DNA of 64,000 nucleotides from Bacillota bacterium (GTDB taxonomy: Bacteria > Bacillota > Ch66 > Ch109). The position numbers and the translations under genes are program-made. The notes under the pieces were generated by a model. The model was not told where the DNA came from. It searched no databases and was given only the letters and a program-made list of their open reading frames with translations. This document shows, piece by piece, positions 49,977-59,310 of this stretch (within the stretch, counting starts at the first letter, position 1; each line of letters opens with the position of its first letter). The stretch covers positions 1,504,001 to 1,568,000 of the forward strand of contig JBMNLH010000001.1 of assembly GCA_050952625.1 (NCBI GenBank), read 5' to 3'.

Positions 49977-51623
49977 ATGAGGAACTACAACCAGAACCTT
50001 CCCCACGTAGCCTATTTTTGTATGGAGTATGGCCTGCATGAAGAGTTTCAAATTTATGCTGGTGGTCTGGGGATTTTAGCTGGAGACCACATGAAATCCG
50101 CCGGTGACCTGAAAGTGCCACTGGTCGGTATTGGTTTGCTCTGGCGCCACGGTTACACGACCCAGTACATCGGCGAAGATGGACGACCGTATGATGTTTA
50201 TCCCAATAATGAATATGATTTTCTTCAAGACACAGGAGTATCGGTGCCAGTTGTAATTCGGGGAAGACAGGTGATCTGTAAGGTTTGGAAGGTCGATAAG
50301 TACGGCAATGCCCCATTATACCTTCTAGACACAGATATTCCAGAAAACGAAGACCGTTGGATTACTGGAAAACTATACGGAGGATATAGCGAGACCCGGA
50401 TCGCCCAGGAAATGGTCCTGGGGATTGGTGGAATCCGCGCCCTCCGAGCCTTAGGAATAAGAATAGATGTCTACCATTTTAACGAAGGTCATGCGATCTT
50501 CGCCGGTATTGAGCTTATTCGAGAAAAAATGCAGCAAGGTTATAGTTTCGAAGCAGCCTGGGATATGGTCCGCAATCAAACCGTTTTTACAACCCATACG
50601 CCAGTGCCGGCCGGCAATGAATCGCACAACCTGGATGTTCTGGAACATATGGGTGCTTTTAATGGCCTGAACCGTGAACAAATGTATCGCTTGGGTGGCG
50701 ACCCATTCGGGATGACCATTGCCGCCTTGCGTTTATCACGTATGGCCAATGCCGTCGCCCAATTACACGGCGAAACCGCCCGGCGGATGTGGAAAGATGT
50801 TAGCGGCTCGTCTCCCATCATGGCCATTACCAATGGGGTGCATACCCGAACCTGGTGGGACCCGAGAATTCGTGAAGCTTATAAAAAAGGACTTGACCTG
50901 TGGGAACCCCATATGTTGGCCAAACACGACCTGATCAAAGAAGTTGAGGCACGAAACGGAGTGAAGCTTAACCCGGAAGCCTTGTTAATTGGCTTTGCCC
51001 GGCGAGCTGCTCCCTACAAGCGGAGTGACTTTATCTTCCGGCAGCCAGAAATTATAGAGCCTCTGCTGCGGGAAGGAAAGATCCAGTTAATTTTTGCGGG
51101 TAAAGCTCATCCCAACGATGACATGGGTAAGAGTATTATCTCAAATCTCTATCACGCTTCCCAACGCTACCCCAATAGTGTCGTATTTCTCCAGAACTAC
51201 GATATGAAGATTGGTCGTCTGTTAACCAGCGGTTCGGATGTTTGGCTCAATAACCCGCGCCGGCCTCAAGAAGCCAGCGGCACTTCCGGGATGAAGGCGG
51301 CCATGAACGGGGTACTCAATATGAGCACTCTGGATGGCTGGTGGCCGGAAGGCTGTGAACACGGGGTTACCGGTTGGCAGATTGGCGATGGTTACGAAGG
51401 TCACGATCAGGACCACCACGACCTGCAGTCTCTGTATCAAGTGCTGCTTAACGAAGTGGTACCCACCTTCTATGATAACCGGACCCGGTGGATTCAGATG
51501 ATGCAAGCCAGCATTGATATGTCGCACCACAAGTTTTCTGCGGAACGAATGGTTCAGGAATACTACGGTCGATTGTATACCATGGCCGGAGAAGCCTGGA
51601 AACAAGCTGCCGCCGGAAAATAG
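49977..51623 (+). CDS. glgP: Alpha-glucan (glycogen) phosphorylase
   Basis: YAGGLGILAGD, NEGH, FTTHTPVPAG, FARR...YKR, EASGTSGMKA PLP motif. Confidence 0.95.
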   Translation: MRNYNQNLPHVAYFCMEYGLHEEFQIYAGGLGILAGDHMKSAGDLKVPLVGIGLLWRHGYTTQYIGEDGRPYDVYPNNEYDFLQDTGVSVPVVIRGRQVICKVWKVDKYGNAPLYLLDTDIPENEDRWITGKLYGGYSETRIAQEMVLGIGGIRALRALGIRIDVYHFNEGHAIFAGIELIREKMQQGYSFEAAWDMVRNQTVFTTHTPVPAGNESHNLDVLEHMGAFNGLNREQMYRLGGDPFGMTIAALRLSRMANAVAQLHGETARRMWKDVSGSSPIMAITNGVHTRTWWDPRIREAYKKGLDLWEPHMLAKHDLIKEVEARNGVKLNPEALLIGFARRAAPYKRSDFIFRQPEIIEPLLREGKIQLIFAGKAHPNDDMGKSIISNLYHASQRYPNSVVFLQNYDMKIGRLLTSGSDVWLNNPRRPQEASGTSGMKAAMNGVLNMSTLDGWWPEGCEHGVTGWQIGDGYEGHDQDHHDLQSLYQVLLNEVVPTFYDNRTRWIQMMQASIDMSHHKFSAERMVQEYYGRLYTMAGEAWKQAAAGK

Positions 51624-51655
51624 TATCCCGGCGATTGTATCAGAACCGATAATTT

Positions 51656-51691
51656 AACCCTGGGGAGTTTAACTGCTCCCTAGGGTTTTTT
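51656..51691 (+). terminator. Intrinsic terminator
   Basis: aaccctggggag/ctccctagggtt plus T-run. Confidence 0.8.
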
Positions 51692-51844
51692 CATCGGCCT
51701 TGCGGCCTCACCATAATGCCATGAAAAATCAATCGCGCTGTGTTTTAACGAAGGTCAGCGTTTGGCGATTTACATCATTTTATTTCGTTCCCAGTCTAGC
51801 CTGCTGACCGAGCTAAAACACAAGCGCGGTTATTTTCAGAGTTA
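51692..51844 (+). repeat. Variant site plus internally deleted long-hairpin cargo (51740-51821) plus TATTTTC-AGAG-TTA end
   Basis: catcggccttgcggcctcac...atgaaaaat; gtgttttaacgaaggtcagcg...ctgctgaccgagctaaaacac; tattttcagagtta. Confidence 0.8.
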
Positions 51845-51904
51845 GGATAAACTTTAAATTCAAGGGCAATATTAAAATAGTCTAGATGAATCAAGCTTAG
51901 GAGG

Positions 51905-53122
51905 TTGAATGAGATCAACACTCATTTATCATCTAAATCATCAACAATTAATTATAGATTAGATCCAAAACCATTCCTGGCGCAAGTAGACAAACGAATA
52001 CACGATTTATGCCTCCAAGGAAACGAACCAGTTCACGAGGTAATCAATCATCTATTAAAGGCTGGTGGCAAGAGGATTCGGCCCACCTTAGCCTTTATTT
52101 CTGCTTCTTTTAAATCAGCTGACTGGGAACCAACTAATTGGGAAAACCTGGTAGATGCTGCTTCCGCCATTGAAATGATCCATATGGCTTCACTAGTTCA
52201 TGATGATATTATTGACCAAGCAACGACTCGAAGAGGGACAGAAACAATTAATCAAAAATGGGGGAACCTTACCGCGGTCCTGGCTGGTGACTACCTCTTC
52301 TCCTCCGCCTTCAATCTGCTGACAGCCCGACAGAACTACCCGGTTCTCCTATCTGTAACCAACGCTATCCGACTAATGTGTGAAGGTGAAATTAATCAGG
52401 CAGCCCAGACCTATAACTACAGGCAAACAGAAGAGAACTACCTGGACAATATCTATAAGAAAACCGCCTGTCTCTTTGCCGCCAGTTGTCAAGCGGGAGC
52501 AATTACTGCCCTGCTGCCGGCGGAACATGTCCGGTTAATCAACCATTTTGGCCTTTACCTGGGTTATGCCTACCAAATTTTAGATGATATCCTTGATCTG
52601 ATCGGTGATCCAAATGAACTTGGCAAACCGGTCGGGAGTGATTTAGCCCGCGGTATCTTAACCCTGCCTATACTTCGACTCCTCCAGGATGAGCAACAAG
52701 GAGCCTGGCTGAAACCTATTCTTGACCGCCAACAGATCTCGGCTGAAGAAATTGCGCTGACGGTCACCCGTTTAGCTGATGGTGATGCCTTTCTCTATAG
52801 TCTGGATAGGGTTTTCCAGATGTTCGATGCTGCTTATCAATCAATCTATGGCCTGCCCCAGGTACCGGCACGTTTAGCGATGTGGGAAATAGCTGGCCAG
52901 TTGCTGGAAAAACCCCTGTTAATGGTGGAGAAAAGCCTGACTTCTTTAGGGCTGACAATGCCCTTGCGTCGGGAAACGAGCAACCCAATCTATCCTCAGC
53001 AAGAGCAGCTCAATAATCAAACTTTCGCCGCTGACTACCCTGATGACTACCCTTTAGACAATTATGTTTCTGCCTGGCAGTCAAAGTTTGTCTTCAGCTT
53101 TTCTGGCCAGACAATCGGATAA
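51905..53122 (+). CDS. Polyprenyl diphosphate synthase (HepT-like) with C-terminal extension
   Basis: GGKRIRP, HDDIID (FARM), RRG, KTA, QILDDILD (SARM). Confidence 0.9.
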   Translation: MNEINTHLSSKSSTINYRLDPKPFLAQVDKRIHDLCLQGNEPVHEVINHLLKAGGKRIRPTLAFISASFKSADWEPTNWENLVDAASAIEMIHMASLVHDDIIDQATTRRGTETINQKWGNLTAVLAGDYLFSSAFNLLTARQNYPVLLSVTNAIRLMCEGEINQAAQTYNYRQTEENYLDNIYKKTACLFAASCQAGAITALLPAEHVRLINHFGLYLGYAYQILDDILDLIGDPNELGKPVGSDLARGILTLPILRLLQDEQQGAWLKPILDRQQISAEEIALTVTRLADGDAFLYSLDRVFQMFDAAYQSIYGLPQVPARLAMWEIAGQLLEKPLLMVEKSLTSLGLTMPLRRETSNPIYPQQEQLNNQTFAADYPDDYPLDNYVSAWQSKFVFSFSGQTIG

Positions 53123-53123
53123 A

Positions 53124-54167
53124 ATGAAAAGATTAAATATAGCCCGCTTTATTATACATACCCTCCCTCATGTGGAACGAGAGCTCAAATACTGGCAAAA
53201 TTTCGCCCACCAATCGCCAGACCTGAATCTACAGGAACAGGCTTTAAAAAGCATAAAACTAAAGCGGTTCCATGCCCAAGGGGGAAGTGTATATGCCTGC
53301 TGGCACCCCCATTGGGATACTGTTTTGACCCCCCTGATTGTGGCGGTGCAAACGATCAGCGATTATTTAGATAATCTCTGCGATAGGATGCAGTTAACTG
53401 ATCCGGACGCCTTCCGGGTCCTGCACTTAGCCTTCTTAGACGCCCTTAATCCAGACGCGGCACTCAAAGATTACTATCAGCTATATCCGAACAAAAACGA
53501 TGGGGGTTATTTAGCCCAGCTAGTTGTCCGCTCCCAGCGGCTGGTCCGGCTTTTGCCTGGTTTCCCGGTTATTCAGGATTTCCTTGGCTATCTGGCCTCA
53601 CTCTACTGTGATCTCCAGGTTTATAAACACATGGATCTGGCTAACCGAGAGTCAACTTTAAAGGCCTGGGCTGAAAAAAACGGCACCAAATTCCCAACTA
53701 TCGCCTGGTGGGAATTTTCCGCCGCTACCGGCTCTACCCTGGCGGTATTTGCTTTACTTGCAGCCGCTACCCAACCTCAACTGAATAGCCGGGAAGCTGA
53801 CCAAATTTTTAAATCATATTTTCCCTGGATTTGTGGGTTACATATTCTACTTGATTATTATATTGATCAACACGAGGACCGGCTGGGCGGTGACCTAAAC
53901 TTTGTTTTCTACTATCCTGATCCGGCCTCAGTCCCGCAAAGACTAGGCTATTTTGTGCGTCAAGCAATTGAGCAGGCTCAAAACTTACCGGATCCGGAAT
54001 TTCATACGACAATCGTCAAAGGGCTGCCCGCTCTTTACCTCTCTGACCCCAAGGTGAAACAACAGGGACTAGACTCTGCTGCTCGTTACCTAATAACCCA
54101 AGCCGGCTCAGGAACCCATAAGCTCTATCGATTGTGCCGTGCTTTGCGCTGTTTGCGGGCAGTTTAG
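53124..54167 (+). CDS. ytpB: Tetraprenyl-beta-curcumene synthase family (YtpB/DUF2600)
   Basis: KRFH.QGG, QTISDYLDNLCD, DLQVYKH, WWEFSAATGSTL, YFPWI.GLHILLDY.IDQ.ED, YLSDPK. Confidence 0.88.
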   Translation: MKRLNIARFIIHTLPHVERELKYWQNFAHQSPDLNLQEQALKSIKLKRFHAQGGSVYACWHPHWDTVLTPLIVAVQTISDYLDNLCDRMQLTDPDAFRVLHLAFLDALNPDAALKDYYQLYPNKNDGGYLAQLVVRSQRLVRLLPGFPVIQDFLGYLASLYCDLQVYKHMDLANRESTLKAWAEKNGTKFPTIAWWEFSAATGSTLAVFALLAAATQPQLNSREADQIFKSYFPWICGLHILLDYYIDQHEDRLGGDLNFVFYYPDPASVPQRLGYFVRQAIEQAQNLPDPEFHTTIVKGLPALYLSDPKVKQQGLDSAARYLITQAGSGTHKLYRLCRALRCLRAV

Positions 54168-54253
54168 TTATGGTGAAAGAACCTATCTGAAAGGACTTGT
54201 CGTTATTATCGCGAAATAATAAACAAGGAATTAATTTTAGCGAGGCAACTAAC

Positions 54254-55084
54254 ATGACTACCTTAAAATTAGCGATTATCCAATTTCCCCGCCGCCTTGA
54301 TGATCTTAAGAGCAACACTGAACTCATGGCCGGCTATGTAGCCAGATTAGCCGCAGATACGACGGATACAGATGTAGTCTTATTGCCCGAAGGATGGTTG
54401 GGGCCAAAACTGATCCCACTCGCTCAATACGAAGGGATCATGGATCAGGTTTTCTCCCGGTTAAAACCGCTCAATTGCCTGCTGGTTTCAGGGGCTCAAT
54501 ATGTCATAGTTGACGACCAGGTTTTTTGTCGAGGCCTGGTCTTGAGTCAGCACTTACCTAAGCCCATTCCTTTCGATAAACTGTTCCCCTCCCAGGCAGT
54601 TGGCGAAAGAAGCTTTGTTGCTCCGGGTACTGAATTGCCCGTCTTTAAGCATAAAGGTGTTTCGCTGGGTGTCGCCCTGTGCGTCGATTTATTTTACCCC
54701 GAGGTCGTCCGAAATCTGGCTTTGCGCGGAGTCAGCCTTGTTTTAAACCCGGCCAACATTCCCCGTAGCCGGATGGCCCTCTGGCAGGGCCTTGGAGTCG
54801 CCCGGGCTTGCGAAAACACCGTTTTCGTTGCCATGGCCAATAACACCGAAACGAGTTACGCTGATGGCCGAAAAATTATGGGGGAGAGCTTTGTGGCTTA
54901 CCCGGATGGACAAAAACTGGTCAATTTCGGGAGAGAAGCCGGGATATTTTACCTTACGCTAGACCTGCAATTAATTAATCGGGTAAGGGAAAGGTGGCCT
55001 TACCTGGAGGACGTTCGAACAAGAACCCTGACTCTTGACGGCAGATGTGCTTTCCGTAGCTTGGCTAATCAAATCAAGAACTGA
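54254..55084 (+). CDS. Carbon-nitrogen hydrolase (nitrilase superfamily)
   Basis: LLPE, DK and LCVDLFYPE triad; ARACEN; R..WPYL.D. Confidence 0.85.
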   Translation: MTTLKLAIIQFPRRLDDLKSNTELMAGYVARLAADTTDTDVVLLPEGWLGPKLIPLAQYEGIMDQVFSRLKPLNCLLVSGAQYVIVDDQVFCRGLVLSQHLPKPIPFDKLFPSQAVGERSFVAPGTELPVFKHKGVSLGVALCVDLFYPEVVRNLALRGVSLVLNPANIPRSRMALWQGLGVARACENTVFVAMANNTETSYADGRKIMGESFVAYPDGQKLVNFGREAGIFYLTLDLQLINRVRERWPYLEDVRTRTLTLDGRCAFRSLANQIKN

Positions 55085-55091
55085 TCGCTGA

Positions 55092-55250
55092 GTGTTTTTA
55101 ACGAAGGTCAGCGATTGGGATCTACATCAAAAAACGAACATAGCTGGGGATCAGCAGGCATCACTGTCTGAGCCTGAAAGGCGAGTTTGATGCCTGCCCG
55201 AAGCCGACGAGGTTCGTTCCCAGTTTAGCCTGCTGACCGAGTAAAAACAC
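55092..55250 (+). repeat. Full-length ~160-bp long-hairpin repeat, copy 1
   Basis: GTGTTTTT/AAAAACAC ends with nested stems GGTCAGC/GCTGACC, GCAGGCATCA/TGATGCCTGC and GCC/GGC. Confidence 0.92.
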
Positions 55251-55284
55251 AAGCGACTTAATAACACATGAAATCCGACGCGCC

Positions 55285-55443
55285 GTGTTTTTACGTAGGT
55301 CAGCGATTGGCGATTTACATCAGAGAACGGAGGCGGCTGAGGATCAGCAGGCATCACTGTCTGAGCCTGAAAGGCGAGTTTGATGCCTGCCCGAAGCCGA
55401 CGAGGTTCGTTCCCAGTCTAGCCTGCTGACCGAGTAAAAACAC
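55285..55443 (+). repeat. Full-length ~160-bp long-hairpin repeat, copy 2
   Basis: Near-identical to copy 1 over its 3' ~100 bp; separated from it by a CACATGAAAT site remnant. Confidence 0.92.
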
Positions 55444-55462
55444 AAGCAACTATTATTCTCCG

Positions 55463-56818
55463 TTACTTAACCGGGACAACGAACCTGTCCCCCTGTCCTA
55501 CAAGTCGGTTGCAGTTCTCTATGACTTCCCTTTCATTAATCGTGAGCAATTCCCGATTAAACATGACTACCCGGCCGTCGATAATTGTCGTCTCCACGTC
55601 CGAAGCGCGGGCAGCATAAACCAGACGAGATACGGGATCTACTTCGGTCTCGGGTAAACTGTGAACTTGATTCAGGTTCACGATGATTAAATCAGCCCGT
55701 TTCCCCACCTCCAGGCTCCCGATCTCTTCCTCCAGGCCCATGGCGCGTGCCCCGCTCAGGGTAGCCATTTCCAGCACTCGGGCTGCCGGCATGGCGGTTG
55801 GCCCGTAACGCACCTTATGAATCAAAGCAGCTAAGCGCATTTCTTGGAACATATCCAAATTATTCGCACAAGGGGCCCCATCTGCCCCTAGGGCCACTGT
55901 AATCCCTTTTTCCAGATACTCGGGTACCGGGGCTAGGCCGGAAGCCAGTTTGAGGTTGGAACTCGGACAGTGCACGACGCTCGTCCCGGTCTGGCGCAGA
56001 ATCTCGATTTCCGAATCATCCAGCCAGATACAATGCGCCAGCAGCAGATTCGGCCCGGTTAAGCCAAGCTCATGCAGGTAGATAATATTCCGGGCACCTC
56101 TTTCCCGCTGAATTAACCCTACCTCGCTCCGGTTCTCAGAGGCATGCGTATGGATCATGACCCCATAGTAATCCGCCAACCGGGCTACTTCCCGCAGCAA
56201 ATCGTCCGTACAGGAAACAGCAAACCGGGGCTGAAACGCAAAACGAATCCGGCCGTCATCCCGGCCGTGCCACTTCTCGAGGAGGCGAACGCTTTCCTGA
56301 ATCGAATCAGTTGCCTTTTCCCGCAGCCCAGCCGGTACTCCCTCCCCACAGTCCATCATTACTTTGCCGCTAACTGCGCGCAACCCATTTTCCAAAATAG
56401 CCTGGAAAGCGGCGTCGGTATGGTGGACCGTCTCCATATCCATGATGCAGGTCGTTCCGCCGCGAAACAATTCGGCACAGCCGAGCATCGCGGAATAATA
56501 GAGAGACTCCTCATTATGCGCGGCTTCTAACGGCCAGATTCGCTGCCGCAGCCAATCCAAGAGCTCCAGGTCATCCGCCTGGCCTCGAAACAAGGTCTGG
56601 CTGAGGTGAATGTGTGCCTGAATCAAACCCGGCATAACTATTTTCCCCGTAGCCTCAATAACCAGGTCAAAATCCGCTGGGTCTATAGGTGGCTGCGGTT
56701 TCGGGATAATTGAGGCGATTCTTTTTCCTTCAATAATTATATCCGCCTGATAAATGTCTCTTTGCGAATTCATCGTAATCAGTTGTCCATTTCGGATCAG
56801 AATCCTTTGTATAGTCAT
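55463..56818 (-). CDS. Amidohydrolase, 5'-deoxyadenosine/MTA-SAH deaminase family
   Basis: PGLIQAHIH, HTHASE, LAHCIW, HCPSSNLKLASG, LGADGA, GSLEVGKRAD. Confidence 0.9.
   Translation of the reverse strand: MTIQRILIRNGQLITMNSQRDIYQADIIIEGKRIASIIPKPQPPIDPADFDLVIEATGKIVMPGLIQAHIHLSQTLFRGQADDLELLDWLRQRIWPLEAAHNEESLYYSAMLGCAELFRGGTTCIMDMETVHHTDAAFQAILENGLRAVSGKVMMDCGEGVPAGLREKATDSIQESVRLLEKWHGRDDGRIRFAFQPRFAVSCTDDLLREVARLADYYGVMIHTHASENRSEVGLIQRERGARNIIYLHELGLTGPNLLLAHCIWLDDSEIEILRQTGTSVVHCPSSNLKLASGLAPVPEYLEKGITVALGADGAPCANNLDMFQEMRLAALIHKVRYGPTAMPAARVLEMATLSGARAMGLEEEIGSLEVGKRADLIIVNLNQVHSLPETEVDPVSRLVYAARASDVETTIIDGRVVMFNRELLTINEREVIENCNRLVGQGDRFVVPVK
55467..55498 (-). repeat. REP-like palindrome GGGGACAGGTT-N3-TGTCCCGGTTAA
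   Basis: Second copy at 63663-63694; this copy forms the last codons of the deaminase. Confidence 0.7.
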
Positions 56819-57035
56819 AGCCCTCAAACCTTTCTCAACCAGTTCCATCTCCATTAACCAGACCCATATTTGTCCAAGGCACCCTTAAGTCGAATATCTT
56901 TCTTAAATTTTTAGATCACCCAACTCATCATCATTATTATAAATTATTATAACCGTTTTCCTTTTTTCTGTTTTCTTGTGCTTTTATAGCGAAGGTGTTA
57001 TCCTAAATACAAAATAAAGATGGAGGGAAATTCCG

Positions 57036-57473
57036 ATGTTTATGCAAGCCTATACTCCGGAACAAGCTGCCACTGGCAAGATGGAAAATGGACGAGATGT
57101 TATTATCCTATATGTTAAAGAATTTAGTCGGCAGTGCCAGGAAGTTAATCAAAGCGGCCTTAACCATTATCGTTATAATTGGTACCACAACGCCGAAAAA
57201 AATGCCTATGTCCTTCATGTCTCCTGGGAAGATAAGGTAAGCTTAGCGGTTCGTTTTGATCAGCAGCATTTTGCTCTCCTGGCCGCCATGGTGGAGCCCA
57301 AAGATGTCATTCTGACAACTATCCCGATAACCGAACTGGTAGCCAAAGCAAAAGAAAGTGGCAACAGCGTCCTTGATTTTACCGGGCCAGTCGTAACTTT
57401 CAGCCAACTAATTTTTGATGATCCGAAACAATATCTAGAACCGTCTGAATTAACCAACGCCCAACTCAATTAA
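57036..57473 (+). CDS. Hypothetical protein
   Basis: GGAGGG SD, ATG, 145-aa ORF. Confidence 0.75.
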   Translation: MFMQAYTPEQAATGKMENGRDVIILYVKEFSRQCQEVNQSGLNHYRYNWYHNAEKNAYVLHVSWEDKVSLAVRFDQQHFALLAAMVEPKDVILTTIPITELVAKAKESGNSVLDFTGPVVTFSQLIFDDPKQYLEPSELTNAQLN

Positions 57474-57482
57474 CATTGGGTG

Positions 57483-58271
57483 CTACCAGTCCATCTTTAA
57501 AATCATCCCATCAGAGGCAGCGATGACCGGTATTCCAACTTCGCTTGACATTTGTTTAGCTGATATGGCCGGATCACTCTTGACCAGGGTCATACCAAAA
57601 TGCGTGAGGATCCCAAGTTTAACCTTAGGGCTTGCCTCAGTTAAAATCCTTCGGGCGTCATCCAAACAAAGATGGACTAATCCTCCCGGGCCAGTTGGTG
57701 AAAAGCGAACTGTATTCATGATGATGATGTCCGCGCTGTATAATTTCGGTAGTTCCGGAAAAAAAGCGGTATCAGCGATAAACGCGACCGAAATTGTACC
57801 CAACTGCAGTTTTAGACCATAAGTTTCCACGCCATGCCGATGCCGAACCGTTGTTTCAAATTTGATCCCTCCTACTTGATATTGCCCCCAGGCTTGCAGG
57901 GGCACGATCTCCTCCACGTAGTTTCGAACGTATTGAAAGACTACCGGTTCCTCTTCCAAGGCATCCGGTGGGGCAAATACTTTTCCCCGCCGGATGGATC
58001 CACCTTGGGTCATGGCTTCAATCATGACATTTGCATCACAGGAGTGATCCACGTGCCGGTGGGATAGAATGATGGCATCTAGTTTTAAAGGGTCAAGCTT
58101 GGGCTTGCCTTGATAGACTTTAACTAGCGTGCCTGGTCCAGGGTCAATCAACAAATGCGTTCCTTCATAAGCTAGCCAAATCCCGGCTGAAGATCGAAGC
58201 TGTTGCGATACGACATACCTTGCTCCAGCCGTACCCATAAACTTTATAAAATTTCCAAGTTGTCTAGGCAA
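57483..58271 (-). CDS. MBL-fold metallo-hydrolase (RNase Z/PhnP-like)
   Basis: FMGTAGAR, IDPGPG, SHRHVDH, ADT, THFG; TTG start with GAGGTG SD. Confidence 0.85.
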   Translation of the reverse strand: MPRQLGNFIKFMGTAGARYVVSQQLRSSAGIWLAYEGTHLLIDPGPGTLVKVYQGKPKLDPLKLDAIILSHRHVDHSCDANVMIEAMTQGGSIRRGKVFAPPDALEEEPVVFQYVRNYVEEIVPLQAWGQYQVGGIKFETTVRHRHGVETYGLKLQLGTISVAFIADTAFFPELPKLYSADIIIMNTVRFSPTGPGGLVHLCLDDARRILTEASPKVKLGILTHFGMTLVKSDPAISAKQMSSEVGIPVIAASDGMILKMDW

Positions 58272-58314
58272 CGTTTTACACCTCATACTGCTACAATACT
58301 AACTTAAACTAGTC

Positions 58315-59310
58315 TTAGACTAAGATTTCATTTTCCCACCAGGGCTTTAAGATAACTTTGGCAATCCGCTCATACTCCTGACTTTTTTTAATTTCCTCCA
58401 AGAAACGGGCTCCCTCCGGCCGGAAGAAAATTTCGACTATCTTTTTTCTGGTCTCCTCAAGTTCAATCACACTTAAGATGCGGGCCTCCTTTTGGGAAAA
58501 CCAAAACAGCGCATTCATCGTGTTTATCCACACCGGAACTAAATGTTCCTGTATTTGCTTGGTTGGACCAACGGTCCCCAGATCCAGACAACCGCTAATC
58601 AACTGACACAATGTAACTGGATCCTGTTGATATTTGCGGTGCATACTTTTGATATAACTGTTTAACATTTCGATGTAGTGAATGCATACCTCTGGATTAA
58701 CCGTCGCGTAATAATCAATTAGCCGGACCAAAAACTGATAATTATCCTCATCCTCCTTCTTAGAATCAGTATAGTCGAACCAGGAAATCTCATAGGCTGC
58801 GATCTGGTCAATAATTGGAGCACCGAGGGCAAAACTTTTTAGATCAATGGGTTCGTTCGCGTCAACCACAAAAAAAAGCCGCATCCCTTTGCCAATCGAC
58901 TCACCCCGATATGCCCGACTTAGTGCCTTGCTGACCACAAAGTTTCGCATGAAACGTTCTCTATCTTTGCGGTCTCGTTCAACATAGATTCCTCCCGGGG
59001 CCAACGCTCCCCGCACAAAAAAAGGACGTCGAACACTCCGTTCCGAGAAATCCTCCTGGATATCTTCTTTTATTCTGCGAAAAATCGCGCCGTATAACTC
59101 CCGGCAGGCTAAAATGGCTGTTTCCAGATCGATAAAACGGGTGATAAATGAATCACTAAACAGTATACAATCTAAAAAAATCTGTTTTCTGGCTTCTGTG
59201 TAGTCAAAAAGAAAATCATAATAGTAACGCAACTTATCCCGGGCATCAGCCTCATCAAAATCCTCAATAAAGGAGGAAAACCCAAGGATGTCAATAAAAG
59301 CTGTAATCAT
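58315..59310 (-). CDS. Hypothetical protein with class III nucleotidyl-cyclase-like N-terminal domain
   Basis: AFIDILGFS, FSDS, RGALAPG and AL.RAY..E pattern; helical C-terminus; AAAGGA SD. Confidence 0.6.
   Translation of the reverse strand: MITAFIDILGFSSFIEDFDEADARDKLRYYYDFLFDYTEARKQIFLDCILFSDSFITRFIDLETAILACRELYGAIFRRIKEDIQEDFSERSVRRPFFVRGALAPGGIYVERDRKDRERFMRNFVVSKALSRAYRGESIGKGMRLFFVVDANEPIDLKSFALGAPIIDQIAAYEISWFDYTDSKKEDEDNYQFLVRLIDYYATVNPEVCIHYIEMLNSYIKSMHRKYQQDPVTLCQLISGCLDLGTVGPTKQIQEHLVPVWINTMNALFWFSQKEARILSVIELEETRKKIVEIFFRPEGARFLEEIKKSQEYERIAKVILKPWWENEILV

Noticed and set aside
55164-55190. Hammerhead ribozyme core (CTGTCTGA-GCC..GGC-GAG)
   Set aside because: Lacks CUGANGA, GAAA and the three-way junction; fits a kink-turn-like internal loop better
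55092-55443. CRISPR array
   Set aside because: Only two ~160-bp units, no 25-45-bp repeats with unique spacers, and no cas genes
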